64,000 nt of DNA. Origin: Silanimonas sp. GTDB lineage: Bacteria; Pseudomonadota; Gammaproteobacteria; Xanthomonadales; Xanthomonadaceae. The stretch is from assembly GCF_018334015.1 (NCBI RefSeq), contig NZ_JAGXTI010000002.1. One strand, 5' to 3'. The translations under genes and the position numbers were made by a program. The notes under the pieces are model-generated. The model was given only the letters and a program-made list of their open reading frames with translations. It was not told the origin of the DNA and did no database searches. Shown here one piece after another: positions 11,645 to 22,220 of this stretch (its first letter is position 1; every line of letters begins with the position of its first letter).

Positions 11645-12327
11645 CCGACCCGCCCCTTGTCGAGATGCACGGTGCGCCGGGCGTACTCGGCGGCCTTGGG
11701 GTCGTGGGTGACCATGATGATGGTCTTGCCGAACTCGCGGTTGAGCCGCTGCAGCAGGCGCAGCACCTCGTCGGCGGTCTTGCGGTCGAGATCGCCGGTG
11801 GGCTCGTCGCAGATCAGCAGCTTCGGGTCGCTGACCAGGGCGCGGGCGATGGCGACGCGCTGCTGCTGGCCGCCGGAGAGCTCGTTCGGCTTGTGCCCGG
11901 CACGGTCGCCAAGACCGACCAGTTCCAGCGCCAGTCGCGCCCGGCGGCGGCGTTCGGCGGCATCGAAATCGGTGAGCAGCAGCGGCAGTTCGACGTTCTT
12001 CTGCGCGCTGAGCACCGGCATCAGGTTGTAGCTCTGGAAGATGAAACCGACGGTCTGGGCGCGCCAGTCGGCCAGGGCGTCGGCGTCATAGTCGTCGATG
12101 CGCTGGCCACCCACCTTGAGCAGGCCCGAAGTCGGCGAGTCGATGCCGCCGATCAAGTTGAGCAAAGTGGTTTTGCCGGAGCCGGAGGGGCCCATCAGGG
12201 CGACGAAATCGCCCTCGGGGATGTCGAGGTCGATGCCGTGCAGCACCTCGATCACCTGTTTGCCGCGAACGTAGGCCTTGCACAGACCGCGGATCTCGAC
12301 GATGGGGAAGAGCGCGGCCTCGGCCAT
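11641..12327 (-). CDS. ABC transporter ATP-binding protein (MacB/LolD type)
   Basis: GPSGSGKTT (Walker A), LSGGQQQRVAIARAL (signature) and LLICDEPTGDLD (Walker B). Confidence 0.92.
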   Translation of the reverse strand: MAEAALFPIVEIRGLCKAYVRGKQVIEVLHGIDLDIPEGDFVALMGPSGSGKTTLLNLIGGIDSPTSGLLKVGGQRIDDYDADALADWRAQTVGFIFQSYNLMPVLSAQKNVELPLLLTDFDAAERRRRARLALELVGLGDRAGHKPNELSGGQQQRVAIARALVSDPKLLICDEPTGDLDRKTADEVLRLLQRLNREFGKTIIMVTHDPKAAEYARRTVHLDKGRVG

Positions 12328-12336
12328 GGCGGCGGC

Positions 12337-13572
12337 TCAGCGCGCGGCGCTGGCTTCGACCCGGTCGCCGTCGGCGAGCTCGGGCGGCGGGTTGGCGATC
12401 ACCTGCTCGCCACCGGACAGACCCTGACTGACCCGCCGCTCGGCCTGCAGCAGTTCGCCCAGCCCCACCTCAATGCGCCGGGCGCGGCCGTCCTCGACCA
12501 CGAACAGTGCCGCCGGGCCGGCTTCGCCGCCCTCCCCGGCTGCGCCGGCGAGGATCGCCGATTCCGGCACGAAGGCACCGCTGGGCGGCGGCGCATCGGC
12601 CGCGACCGGTTGCAGGAAAGCCACCCGCACGCCCATGTCGGGGACGATGCGCGAATCACGGCTGTCGAGGGCGATGCGCACCCGCACCGTGGCCTTGGTG
12701 CGGTCGGCGGTGGGCACGATGGCGATGACCGAGCCGGGAATGCGCCAGTCCGGGTAGGCATTGAGCATGGCCTGCACCACCATGCCCGGCTGCACGCGGC
12801 CGATGAAGGCCTCGTTGACATCGACATTGACCTCCAGCGAGTCCATGTCGACCAGGGTGCCGATGCCGGTGCGGGTGAAACCGCCGCCGGCCGACAGCGG
12901 CGAGACCATCTCACCCGGCTGTGCGGCCTTGGCCACGATCACGCCGGGAAAGGGTGCGCGCACCTCGGTGTGGTCCAGCCCGAGGCGAGCGAGGTCGAGC
13001 TGGCGGCGCGCCACTTCGACGGCCTTGCGCAGGCTGCTCAGGCGTGCGGCGCGGGCATCGCGGTCGGCCCGGGCCTGGTCGAGCGCGGCCGGTGCGCTCA
13101 GTTGCCGGGCGAGCAGTTCCTGCTGGCGGCGCAGCGTGGTCTCGGCGAGGGCGAGTTGGGCCTGCGCCTCGGCGAGCTGCGATTCGCTGGCGGCCACTTG
13201 CGCCGTCGCCAGCTCGAGCTGGGCGCGGGCATCGGCGGCATCCAGCCGGGCCAGCACCTGGCCCTCCTCGACCCGCATACCTTCCTCGATCAGCACCTCG
13301 TCGACCCGGCCGGTCACCCGCGAGGACACCGTGGCGATCCGCCGCGCGGTGACGAAACCCGAGGCGTCGAGCAGCACCGGCGGGCCGGCTTCGGCAGCGG
13401 AACGAGCGATCACCGTCTCGACCGCGATCGGGCCACCTCCGGCCAGCGCCCACAAGCCGCCCAGCCCGACCAGGGCCGCCACGCCCCAGGGCCAGTAGCG
13501 GCGGCGGCGCGGGGCTGGGCCAGGACGGCGGTCGATGCGGAGGTCGCGCAGCAGGTCTTCGGGACGGCTCAT
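12337..13572 (-). CDS. Efflux transporter periplasmic adaptor subunit (HlyD/MacA family)
   Basis: N-terminal TM anchor, a coiled-coil hairpin rich in A/Q/L/R, then a beta-barrel domain. First gene of the adaptor-ATPase-permease-permease operon. ATG at 13570-13572. Confidence 0.8.
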   Translation of the reverse strand: MSRPEDLLRDLRIDRRPGPAPRRRRYWPWGVAALVGLGGLWALAGGGPIAVETVIARSAAEAGPPVLLDASGFVTARRIATVSSRVTGRVDEVLIEEGMRVEEGQVLARLDAADARAQLELATAQVAASESQLAEAQAQLALAETTLRRQQELLARQLSAPAALDQARADRDARAARLSSLRKAVEVARRQLDLARLGLDHTEVRAPFPGVIVAKAAQPGEMVSPLSAGGGFTRTGIGTLVDMDSLEVNVDVNEAFIGRVQPGMVVQAMLNAYPDWRIPGSVIAIVPTADRTKATVRVRIALDSRDSRIVPDMGVRVAFLQPVAADAPPPSGAFVPESAILAGAAGEGGEAGPAALFVVEDGRARRIEVGLGELLQAERRVSQGLSGGEQVIANPPPELADGDRVEASAAR

Positions 13573-13678
13573 GGGGTCTCCAGTGCGATGCACAGGCTGG
13601 CGCAGCGGCGATGAAGGCACTGTGGCAGGAATGCCCGGGCACCGTCACTGACGGAAGTCACCCCGCTCGCGCCGCCGC

Positions 13679-14563
13679 TCAGGCCGGGCGTGGCGGCCGG
13701 GTCACCAGCGCGACGCTGGCGAGGATCACCGCCATCGCGATCCAAGTGTCGGCATCGAACCGCTCCTGCAGCACCAGGGTGCCCAGCAGCACGGCGATCG
13801 CCGGGTTGACGTAGGCGTAGGAGGTGGCCAGGGCCGGGCGGACATTGCCCAGCAACCAGACGTAGGCGCTGTAGCCGATGATGGAGCCGAACACGCCGAG
13901 GTAGACCACCGCCAGCACCGCGTCCAGCGAGGGCGGGCCAGTGAAGCGCTCGCCCAGCAGCAGCGAGGCCAGCGCCATCAGCACGCCGCCGCAGAGCATC
14001 TGGCCGGCGGCGTTCATGAAGGGCGAGGGCAGGTCCTGGTCGCGGCTCCAGACCGAACCCCAAGCCCAGGCCAGCGGCGCGACGACCAGACAGAGCATGC
14101 CGAGCAGCGAACCGGCCAGTTCGCTGCCCGCATTGAGCAGGCCGACGCCGAGCAGGCCGAGCGCGATGCCGGACCACTCAAGGCGACCAAGGCGGCGGCC
14201 CTTGAGGGTGGAGAACACCGCGACGAACAGCGGCATCGAGGCCACCGCGATGGCGGCCAGCCCGGAACTGACCTCGGTCTGGGCGAGGTTCACCAGACCG
14301 TTGGCGAACAGCACCATCAACGCGCCCATCACCCACAGATTGCGCCACTGCCTCGAAGTCGGTGCGGCCATGCCGCGCCAGCGCAGCACGGCATAGAACA
14401 GTGCGCCGGCGGCGAGCATACGGATGGCCCCCATCGCAAAAGGCGGGAAGCCCTCCAGACCGATGGCGATGGCGAGGTAGGTCGAGCCCCAGACCAGGTA
14501 GACCGCCGCCAAGGCAAGGGCCACCGCGAGTGGCCGCGGCGCGGCGGTGGCAGAACCACTCAC
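13679..14563 (-). CDS. EamA/DMT family transporter
   Basis: 294 aa with about 10 predicted TM helices. Begins LALAAVYLVWGSTYLAI, typical of EamA domains. GTG start overlaps the prc stop. Confidence 0.75.
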   Translation of the reverse strand: MSGSATAAPRPLAVALALAAVYLVWGSTYLAIAIGLEGFPPFAMGAIRMLAAGALFYAVLRWRGMAAPTSRQWRNLWVMGALMVLFANGLVNLAQTEVSSGLAAIAVASMPLFVAVFSTLKGRRLGRLEWSGIALGLLGVGLLNAGSELAGSLLGMLCLVVAPLAWAWGSVWSRDQDLPSPFMNAAGQMLCGGVLMALASLLLGERFTGPPSLDAVLAVVYLGVFGSIIGYSAYVWLLGNVRPALATSYAYVNPAIAVLLGTLVLQERFDADTWIAMAVILASVALVTRPPRPA

Positions 14564-16785
14564 TCGACCCAGACCCCCGCCCGGCTGGTGTGCGGCAGCA
14601 CCTTCGCGCTCAGCGCCGCGTCCTTGCTGAGCAGGCCGATGGCGTCGGCGAGCACGAAGGCCGATTCGCGCAGCAGCGGGTCGATATGCTTCTCGGCCGC
14701 CTCCTCGTCGGCGACCTGTTCGGCGACATCACGCTCATCGGCCTGCAAGCCGTCGTCGGCACGGTTGGGCAGGCCGTCGGCCAGACCGAGGCGCTGGCGT
14801 TCCGCGGCACGGGTCAGGCGCCGGGCCTCGGCCTCCTCGCGCTCGGCGCGCCGCGCCGCCACGTTGAGCGAGATCGTGCCGCGCTCTCGCTCGGCGCGGA
14901 AGCGGGCCACGTCCTCCTTCCACCACTGCACTTCGACGTTGTCGGCGACCCGGGCCTGATGGCGCTGCGCCAGCGGCAGCAGCAGGGGCGCGAAGTGGCC
15001 GTAGTCCTCGTGACGGACGGCGGCGATGCGCGAGGCCGGCAGGGCGTTGTCGTGGGTGCTCTCGCCGAACTCGGCGGCATTGAGCGTCACCGGGAAGGCG
15101 AGATCCGGCACCACGCCGTTGAACTGGGTGGTGCCGCCGTCGATGCGGAAGAACTGCGCCACGGTCAGCTTGAGGTGGCCGTAGCGCGGATCGCCACCGT
15201 TGCGGAAGCGGTCGAGGTTCTCGAGATTCTGCACGGTGCCCTTGCCGAAACTGGTCTCGCCCAGCACCAGGCCGCGGCCGTAGTCCTGGATGGCCGCCGC
15301 GAAGATCTCCGAAGCCGAGGCCGAGCTGCGGTCGATCAGCACCGCCAGCGGACCGTCCCAGGCCACGCCGGGACGGCGGTCGCCCTCGACGCTGATGCGA
15401 CCACCGGCCTCACGCACCTGCACCACCGGGCCGGTGTCGATGAACAGGCCGGTCAGTTCGATTGCCTCGGTCAGCGAACCGCCACCGTTGCCGCGCAGAT
15501 CAATGACCACGCCGTCAACTTGTGCGGCCTTCAATTCACCGAGCAGACGGGCGACATCGGAGGTGGCCGAACGGGCATCGGCATCGCCGCGGCGCTTGGC
15601 CTCGAAATCGGCGTAGAAGGTGGGCAGGCGGATGATGCCGATGCGGCGGCCGTCGGCCTCGATCTGCTGGCTCCGGGCGGCCTGCTCCTCCAGCCGGACC
15701 CGGTCACGGATCAGTTCGACCGCGCGCTGCGGGCCGTCGCTGCCGTGTGCCACCGGCACCACATCGAGCCGCACCCGGCTGCCTTTCGGTCCGCGCACCA
15801 GTTGCACCACGTCGTCGATCCGCCAGCCGATGACCTCGACCATCGGACCCTCGTCCTGACCGACCGCGACGATCCGGTCGCCCACCGCCAACTGGCCGGA
15901 ACGCGCCGCCGGGCCGCCCGGTACCAGGGTGCGGATCACCACGAAATCGTCCTGGTTCTGCAGCACCGCGCCGATGCCCTCCAGCGAGAGGCGCATGGCG
16001 AGATTGAAGTTCTCGGCGCTGCGCGGGCTCATGTAGGCCGTGTGCGGGTCGATCGCGCCGGCGTAGGCGTTCATGAAGGTCTCGAAGGCGTCCTCGGGCT
16101 TGAGCTGGCCGACGCGGGTGGCGAGCTGGGCGTAGCGGCGATCGAGCGTGGTGCGGATGGCCGCGGCATCACGGCCGGCGAGCTTGAGCCGCAGCCAGTC
16201 GTTCTTGACGTGCTTCTCCCAGAGCGTATCGAGTTCGGCGACATCGGTCGCCCAGGGAGCATCCTTGCGATTGAAGCGCCAATAGGCCTCGCTGCTGAAA
16301 TCGAATTCGCCCTGCAAGCGTTGGCGGGCAAAAGCGACGCGTTCACGAACCCGTTGCAGGTAGAGCACGTAGAGGTCGAAGGCGGGTTGCAGTTCGCCGT
16401 TGCGGATGGCCTCGTCGATGCTGGTCTTCCAGGGACGAAAGCGCTCAACGTCGGCGGCGGTGAAGAACAGCCGCTGCGGATCAAGGCGATCCAGGTAGTT
16501 GTTGAAGATCTCGATCGCCAGCGTGTCGTCGAGCGGCCTCGGCGCGTAGGCGAAACGACCGTCCGAGAGGTAGCGGTGGATCAGGTGGGCGACCGAGCGC
16601 TGGTCGGTGCTCGGTACGAAGGCCTCGACCGGTACCGGCGCCGCAGCGGCGGGTGGCCGGACGGCCGAGGCGGCGGCAGCAGCCGGTGCGGCGGAACTGG
16701 CACCGCTGGCGACCGGCACCAGCAGGGCGGCACCGATGGCGAGCGGCAGCAGCAGGGCGAGGACGAAGGGCAGGGACTTGGGCAT
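14560..16785 (-). CDS. prc: Carboxy-terminal processing (tail-specific) protease
   Basis: Signal peptide MPKSLPFVLALLLPLAIGA, a PDZ region and an S41 core (DLRGNGGGSL, ETSFGKGTVQ). ATG at 16783-16785 inside a longer ORF. Confidence 0.88.
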   Translation of the reverse strand: MPKSLPFVLALLLPLAIGAALLVPVASGASSAAPAAAAASAVRPPAAAAPVPVEAFVPSTDQRSVAHLIHRYLSDGRFAYAPRPLDDTLAIEIFNNYLDRLDPQRLFFTAADVERFRPWKTSIDEAIRNGELQPAFDLYVLYLQRVRERVAFARQRLQGEFDFSSEAYWRFNRKDAPWATDVAELDTLWEKHVKNDWLRLKLAGRDAAAIRTTLDRRYAQLATRVGQLKPEDAFETFMNAYAGAIDPHTAYMSPRSAENFNLAMRLSLEGIGAVLQNQDDFVVIRTLVPGGPAARSGQLAVGDRIVAVGQDEGPMVEVIGWRIDDVVQLVRGPKGSRVRLDVVPVAHGSDGPQRAVELIRDRVRLEEQAARSQQIEADGRRIGIIRLPTFYADFEAKRRGDADARSATSDVARLLGELKAAQVDGVVIDLRGNGGGSLTEAIELTGLFIDTGPVVQVREAGGRISVEGDRRPGVAWDGPLAVLIDRSSASASEIFAAAIQDYGRGLVLGETSFGKGTVQNLENLDRFRNGGDPRYGHLKLTVAQFFRIDGGTTQFNGVVPDLAFPVTLNAAEFGESTHDNALPASRIAAVRHEDYGHFAPLLLPLAQRHQARVADNVEVQWWKEDVARFRAERERGTISLNVAARRAEREEAEARRLTRAAERQRLGLADGLPNRADDGLQADERDVAEQVADEEAAEKHIDPLLRESAFVLADAIGLLSKDAALSAKVLPHTSRAGVWVE

Positions 16786-16864
16786 GGGCGGACCTGGGTG
16801 CTGGCCCTGCCAGCATGCGCTGAAGGGCGGTGATGCGGATGTGCCGGAGGTCGCGCCCCAGCGA

Positions 16865-17860
16865 TCAGGCACCGACGCCGGCTTCGGCGGCCGAGCGGTC
16901 GGCGTGGTAGGACGAGCGCACCATCGGCCCGGAAGCGACGTGGCTGAAGCCCAGACCCTCACCGAAGGCCTCGAGTTCCTTGAATTCCTCCGGCGTCCAA
17001 TACCGCATCACCGGGTGGTGGTGCGGCGTCGGCTGCAGGTACTGGCCGATGGTGACCATGTCGACGTCGTGCTCGCGCAAATGCCTCAGGCACTCCTTCA
17101 CCTGCTCCATCGTCTCGCCCAAACCCAGCATGATGCCGCTCTTGGTCGGCACCCCCGGATGCTGGGCCTTGAAGCGTTTGAGCAGCAGCAGCGACCAGTC
17201 GTAATCCGCGCCCGGCCGCACGTTCGGGTAGAGCGGCTGCACGGTTTCGAGATTGTGGTTGAACACATCCGGCGGCGCGGTGGCGAGAATCTCCAGCGCG
17301 CGGTCCATGCGGCCCTTGCCGCGGAAATCGGGCGTGAGGATCTCGATCTTCAGCGCCGGCGAGAGCGCGCGCGCCTCGCGGATGCAGTCGGCGAAGTGCT
17401 GGGCACCGCCATCGCGCAGGTCGTCGCGGTCGACCGAGGTGATCACGACGTACTTCAAGCGCATGTCGGCAATGGTCTGCGCCAGCTTCTTCGGCTCACC
17501 GGCATCCGGCGGCTTGGGTCGGCCGTGGGCCACATCGCAGAAGCTGCAGCGCCGCGTGCAGACCGCACCCAGGATCATGAAGGTGGCGGTGCCGTGGCTG
17601 AAGCACTCGTGGATGTTCGGGCAGCTCGCCTCCTCGCAGACCGTGACCAGCGCGTTCTCGCGCAGCCGGGCCTTGAGGGACTGCACGGCATTGCCCGCGG
17701 GGATCCGCACGCGGATCCAGCTTGGCTTGCGCAGCTTCGGCGCCTCGTCGAACTGCACCGGGCTGCGGCCGATCTTGTCGCCGCCCAACTGCTTCCGGCC
17801 GGCTTCGAGCGCGTCGGGCGTGAGCACGGTGAGCGGGATGGTCTTGGTCGGCGTGGGCAT
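16865..17860 (-). CDS. lipA: Lipoyl synthase
   Basis: [12 protein letters not shown] and [10 protein letters not shown] are the two Fe-S cluster motifs (auxiliary and radical-SAM). Confidence 0.95.
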   Translation of the reverse strand: MPTPTKTIPLTVLTPDALEAGRKQLGGDKIGRSPVQFDEAPKLRKPSWIRVRIPAGNAVQSLKARLRENALVTVCEEASCPNIHECFSHGTATFMILGAVCTRRCSFCDVAHGRPKPPDAGEPKKLAQTIADMRLKYVVITSVDRDDLRDGGAQHFADCIREARALSPALKIEILTPDFRGKGRMDRALEILATAPPDVFNHNLETVQPLYPNVRPGADYDWSLLLLKRFKAQHPGVPTKSGIMLGLGETMEQVKECLRHLREHDVDMVTIGQYLQPTPHHHPVMRYWTPEEFKELEAFGEGLGFSHVASGPMVRSSYHADRSAAEAGVGA

Positions 17861-17888
17861 CGGCAGGCGGACGTTGGGGTTGGGGCGC

Positions 17889-18581
17889 TCAGCCCAGCGC
17901 AGGCGGGTCGTCGTGCCACTCGGCGGCAAGACCGAGCTGCCGCGCGAGATGGGGCACAAGGCGCTCGGCCACAAGCCGCAGATCGCTAGGGCCTCCGCAG
18001 TCTAGCAGCGTGGTGACCGGCTGCCCGGCGTAGCCGCAGGGGTTGATGCGGGAATAGGGCTCGAGGTCCATCGCCACGTTGAAGGCGAGGCCGTGGAAGC
18101 TGCAGCCGCGGCGCACCCGCAGCCCGATCGCGGCGATCTTGGCATCCTCGGCGGTGTAGACCCCGGGTGCGCCGGCCTTGCGGAACACCGCGATGTCGAA
18201 GCCCGCGCAGGTGTCAATCACGGCCTGCTCGATGCCTTCGACCAGCGCCTTCACACCGATGCCGCGCCGTCGCAGATCGATCAGCGGGTAGGCCACCAGC
18301 TGGCCGGGGCCGTGGTAAGTGACCTGCCCGCCACGATCGACCGGGACCACCGGAATGTCGCCCGGCGCCAGCACATGCTCGGGCCGGCCGGCCTGGCCGA
18401 GGGTGAACACCGGATCGTGTTCGACCAGCCAGAGTTCGTCGGTCGTGCCGGCGTCGCGGGCATCGGTGAAGCGCTGCATGGCCCGCCAGACCGGCAGGTA
18501 GGGCCGGCGTCCGAGCCAGTGCACCAGCAGGCGTGCTGGATCGGTGTCAGGGCCGGCCGCGCTGCGGCTTACAGCGTCCAC
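17889..18581 (-). CDS. lipB: Octanoyltransferase
   Basis: [29 protein letters not shown] and FHGLAFNV. The GTG start at 18581 would overlap ybeD by 13 nt, so the exact start is uncertain. Confidence 0.88.
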   Translation of the reverse strand: MDAVSRSAAGPDTDPARLLVHWLGRRPYLPVWRAMQRFTDARDAGTTDELWLVEHDPVFTLGQAGRPEHVLAPGDIPVVPVDRGGQVTYHGPGQLVAYPLIDLRRRGIGVKALVEGIEQAVIDTCAGFDIAVFRKAGAPGVYTAEDAKIAAIGLRVRRGCSFHGLAFNVAMDLEPYSRINPCGYAGQPVTTLLDCGGPSDLRLVAERLVPHLARQLGLAAEWHDDPPALG

Positions 18582-18847
18582 TTGACCTCGGGCAGGGCGC
18601 GCAGCACGGCATGCGCGCGTTCATAGTCGGCGCGACTGGCCGCCTCGAAGCTGCAGGTGACCGAGACCCAGTTGCCCTTGGCCGAAGCACGCTGGCGCGG
18701 CTCGCCGGGGCAGACGACCAGACCGGCCGCCGCGAGTGCCGCCGGGACCCGTGCCTCCAGGCCGGCCGCGGCCGCGCCCATCGCGCTGATCTCGAACACA
18801 CCGGGAAACTGCAGGCCGCGGGCCGCCGGGTCAGCAGGATTCGACAT
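18569..18847 (-). CDS. ybeD: YbeD/DUF493 family protein
   Basis: 92 aa containing [13 protein letters not shown]. Conserved position between dacC and lipB. Confidence 0.75.
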   Translation of the reverse strand: MSNPADPAARGLQFPGVFEISAMGAAAAGLEARVPAALAAAGLVVCPGEPRQRASAKGNWVSVTCSFEAASRADYERAHAVLRALPEVKWTL

Positions 18848-18860
18848 GGCGCCGCCCAAC

Positions 18861-20093
18861 TTACTCGGCGTTCCACCAGAGCCGGAACCCATCGATCATG
18901 CGACCGACGAAGCCCGCCTCCGGCACATCCGCCAGCGCCACCAGCGGGGCGCTGGCCACCAGCTCGCCATCGAGCATCACCCGCACGGTGCCGATCGCCT
19001 GGCCGCGGGCGATGGGCGCGATCAGATGGCGCGGCACGTCGATCTGCGGTCTCAAATCGCCGTAGCGGCCACGCGGCAAAGTCACGTGCAAAGTCCGCGC
19101 GACGCCGAGCGGCAGGGCATCGGTCTCGCCCTTGAACACCCGCTGCGTGGTCAGGGCCGTGACCGGGTCGAACAGGGCATGCGTTTCGAAAAAGCGGAAA
19201 CCCCAGTTCAGCAAGGCGAGGTTGTCGGTCTCACGCAGACGGAAGGACTCGGCGCGGGTCGGCGCATCGATGCCCATCACCACCGAGATGAGCCGCATGC
19301 CGTTGCGTTCGGCCGAGGCGGCGAGGTTGAAGCCGGCGGTCCGGGTGAAGCCGGTCTTGACACCATCGACGCTGGCATCGCGCCAGAGCAGGCCGTTGCG
19401 GTTGTGCTGGGTGATGCCGTTCCAGGTGAATTCCTTGCGCGAATGCAGGGCATAGGCCGCGGGGAAATGGTTGACCAGCGCCCGCACCAGGGTCGCCATG
19501 TCACGAGCACTCATCACCTGCCCTTCGGCATCCAGGCCGTGTGAGTTGACGAAACGCGTCTGGCGCAGGCCCAGACGCTCGGCGTGCTGGTTCATGAGGT
19601 GGACGAAGGCCTCTTCGCTGCCGGCGATGTGCTCGGCCAGGGCGATCGAGGCATCGTTGCCGCTCTGCACCACCATGCCGGTCATCACCGCCTCCAGCGG
19701 TGCGCGGCTGTTGACCTCGAAGCCGGAAAAACTGCCGGCGGTGCCCGCCCCGCCCTCGCGCCAGGCGCGCTCGGAGATCAGCACCGCGTCGTCCAGACGG
19801 ATGCGGCCGGCGGCCAGTTCGGAGGCGACCACGTAGGACGTCATCACCTTGGTGAGCGAGGCCGGCGAACGCGGCACCTCCTCATTGCGAGCGGCGAGGA
19901 TGCGCCCGCTGGCGGCGTCCATCAGGATCCAGGCGGCGGCGCTGGAGGCCGGTGCCGGCGGCATGGCCACCGGGACCGGGACCGGGACCGGCACGGGCAC
20001 CGGCTGCGGCACCGGCTGCGGCACCGGGGTCTGGGCGAAGAGCGTGGCGGTGGCCAGCAGCAGCGGCAGGGCGATCAGGACGGCAGGACGCAT
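18861..20093 (-). CDS. dacC: D-alanyl-D-alanine carboxypeptidase (PBP5/6 class)
   Basis: Signal peptide, then the SLTKVMT (SxxK), SGN and KTGFT (KTG) motifs and a C-terminal beta-sandwich. ATG at 20091-20093. Confidence 0.9.
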   Translation of the reverse strand: MRPAVLIALPLLLATATLFAQTPVPQPVPQPVPVPVPVPVPVAMPPAPASSAAAWILMDAASGRILAARNEEVPRSPASLTKVMTSYVVASELAAGRIRLDDAVLISERAWREGGAGTAGSFSGFEVNSRAPLEAVMTGMVVQSGNDASIALAEHIAGSEEAFVHLMNQHAERLGLRQTRFVNSHGLDAEGQVMSARDMATLVRALVNHFPAAYALHSRKEFTWNGITQHNRNGLLWRDASVDGVKTGFTRTAGFNLAASAERNGMRLISVVMGIDAPTRAESFRLRETDNLALLNWGFRFFETHALFDPVTALTTQRVFKGETDALPLGVARTLHVTLPRGRYGDLRPQIDVPRHLIAPIARGQAIGTVRVMLDGELVASAPLVALADVPEAGFVGRMIDGFRLWWNAE

Positions 20094-20163
20094 GGGGTGC
20101 AACGGACTCCGGACACGGCGTGATGGAACGAGGGTAAGCGGGCGCGGCTTAACGCCGGGCGGC

Positions 20164-21123
20164 TCAGGGTTGGGCGTGGAGCAGCCTTGGCGCGGCCAGA
20201 CCACTGGCCAGAATACGGTCGGCCAGTGCGGCGGCAGCCTCGGCAGCTTGTGCCGGAAAACGCACGCGCCAGACGCTGCGTTCGCCGACGATGGCGTGGT
20301 CGAGGGCCGCTCCCGGCAGGCCCGCCTGAGCAAGCTGCTGGGCCAGGCGTTCGGCGTTCAGGCGGTCGGCGAAGGCACCCACCTGCACCACCTGCGGTCC
20401 GGCAGGCGCCGGGCCACGAGCTGTCGGTCTCGGATCGGGGCGGGCCTCGGCGAAACGCAGGTACGGCCCTTTCAGCACACGCACTTCGACCGGTGCGACA
20501 CCGGCCTCGACCATGCCGATGCGCCGCGCCGCGGCATAGCTCAGGTCGATGACGCGGTTGTCGTGGAAAGGGCCCCGGTCGTTGACCCGGACCACCACAC
20601 TGCGCCCGTTTTCCAGATGGGTGACGCGCACATAGCTCGGCAGGGGCAGGTGGCGATGCGCGGCGGTGAAGGCGCACATGTCATAAAGCTCGCGGCTCGA
20701 GGTGTGCCGGCCATGGAACTTGTAGCCGTACCAGCTGGCGATGCCGCGCTCGACAAAACCTTCGGCCGATTCCATCACCCGGAACGTGCGACCCAGCACG
20801 GTGTAGCTCGGCATGTTGCCGTGGCGGGAACGCGGCTCACGGCGCGGCACCGGCTCGGGCAGGTGATCCACGTTCACCCGCACCGGCGGCCCGCGGTCGG
20901 GCACGCCGGGCGCGTACAAGCCACCGGCGGTGTAGAGCGATTCGTCGTGCTCGCGCATCGGCACGCAGTGCGGCGGTGGCAGCGACTCCGGCTGGGCGCG
21001 GGCGGCATCGGTGGCCGCCGCCGCGGCCGCCGCCGGCTGCGGACGCTGCGGGGCGGTGGCGCAGCCGCTCAGCAGCAGCAGAGCGAGCAGACCCGCAGCA
21101 GCCGGGAGCATGGAGCGATTCAC
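20164..21123 (-). CDS. rlpA: Septal ring lytic transglycosylase RlpA (DPBB + SPOR)
   Basis: Lipobox LLLSGC, DPBB core GIASWYGYKFHGRHTSSRELYD...VRVNDRGPF, and a C-terminal SPOR-like VQVGAFADRLNAERL. Start is GTG at 21123 or ATG at 21111. Confidence 0.88.
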   Translation of the reverse strand: MNRSMLPAAAGLLALLLLSGCATAPQRPQPAAAAAAATDAARAQPESLPPPHCVPMREHDESLYTAGGLYAPGVPDRGPPVRVNVDHLPEPVPRREPRSRHGNMPSYTVLGRTFRVMESAEGFVERGIASWYGYKFHGRHTSSRELYDMCAFTAAHRHLPLPSYVRVTHLENGRSVVVRVNDRGPFHDNRVIDLSYAAARRIGMVEAGVAPVEVRVLKGPYLRFAEARPDPRPTARGPAPAGPQVVQVGAFADRLNAERLAQQLAQAGLPGAALDHAIVGERSVWRVRFPAQAAEAAAALADRILASGLAAPRLLHAQP

Positions 21124-22136
21124 GGCAGTGCCGCTGCCGTTGTGGCCTCCGGCGCGGCCAGCGCCTGGGCGAGCTGGTGGACGGCCAGCGCGTACATCAC
21201 CGAGCGGTTGTAGCGGGTGATCACGTAGAAATTACGGAAGCCCAGCCAGTGCTCGGTGCCGTCAGCTCCCTGGAGAGTGACCAGCAGGGCCGGCGCCTCC
21301 TGCGCCAGCGGCGAGGCCGGACGGAAGCCCTTGGCGGCCAGTTCGGCGAGGCTGCGGCGCGGCTCCATGCCGACCGGCGCATAAGCGGCACCGGCCTCAG
21401 CCACCGCCGGCACCACCACCGGCATACCGGGCTGCCAGTCGTGGGCCACAAAGTAGTTGGCGACCGAGGCGAACACATCGGGCAGCGAATTGAACAGGTC
21501 GCGTCGACCGTCGCCGTCGCCGTCCTTCGCGTAGGCGCGGTAGCTCGAGGGCATGAACTGGCCCCAGCCCATCGCCCCGGCATGGCTGCCCAACTGCGCC
21601 GGAATGTCGATGCCTTCCTCACGGGCCAGCAGCAGGGACTGCGCCAACTCATCGCGGAAGAAGGCGCCACGCCGGGCCTCACGCTCGGGGTTGCCGAGGC
21701 TCGGGTAATGGAAGCCCAGGGTGTAGAGCGCGTCCAGCACGCGGTGGCGGCCGGTGATGCGGCCGTAGCTGGTTTCGACGCCGAGGATGGCGACGATGTA
21801 GGACTTCGGCACGCCGGTGGCGTCCTCGACCCGCTGCAGGGCCTCGCGGTGCGTCAGGAGAAAATGCCGGCCTTCGCGGATGCGCGCCTCGGTGATGAAG
21901 ATCGGCCGGTACTCGCGCCAGGTGAGCACGCGCTCGGCCGGCCGCGACATCAGATCGACGATGCCCTGACGGTACTGGGCCTTGCCGAGCCAGGCGGTGA
22001 TTTCCTCAGGAGCAAGTCCGTGCCGCGTGCCGGCTTCGGCGATGAAGGCGGCTTTGGCTTCCGGATCGGTCCGGGTCGCACCGGCCGGAAGGGCGAAGGC
22101 CGCGAACAGGGCGGCGGGCAGCAGGACGTAGCGCAT
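21120..22136 (-). CDS. mltB: Lytic murein transglycosylase B
   Basis: Starts MRYVLLPAALFAAFALPAGA and contains GVETSYGRITG and GAMGWGQFMPSS. ATG at 22134-22136 inside a longer ORF. Confidence 0.88.
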   Translation of the reverse strand: MRYVLLPAALFAAFALPAGATRTDPEAKAAFIAEAGTRHGLAPEEITAWLGKAQYRQGIVDLMSRPAERVLTWREYRPIFITEARIREGRHFLLTHREALQRVEDATGVPKSYIVAILGVETSYGRITGRHRVLDALYTLGFHYPSLGNPEREARRGAFFRDELAQSLLLAREEGIDIPAQLGSHAGAMGWGQFMPSSYRAYAKDGDGDGRRDLFNSLPDVFASVANYFVAHDWQPGMPVVVPAVAEAGAAYAPVGMEPRRSLAELAAKGFRPASPLAQEAPALLVTLQGADGTEHWLGFRNFYVITRYNRSVMYALAVHQLAQALAAPEATTAAALP

Positions 22137-22220
22137 CGGGGACAGGCCGGATTCCCGCGCGGCAAAGGGGCCGCGCATCGGTCGAAAATGTAGCACGCAG
22201 CACGGCGGGCGTTCGGGCGC

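Noticed and set aside
9300-13572. Adaptor-ATPase-two-permease ABC cluster considered as a novel system.
   Set aside because: All four products show standard MacAB/DevCBA-type motifs and the usual operon order. The absence of an outer-membrane factor gene is common because TolC-like partners are encoded elsewhere.
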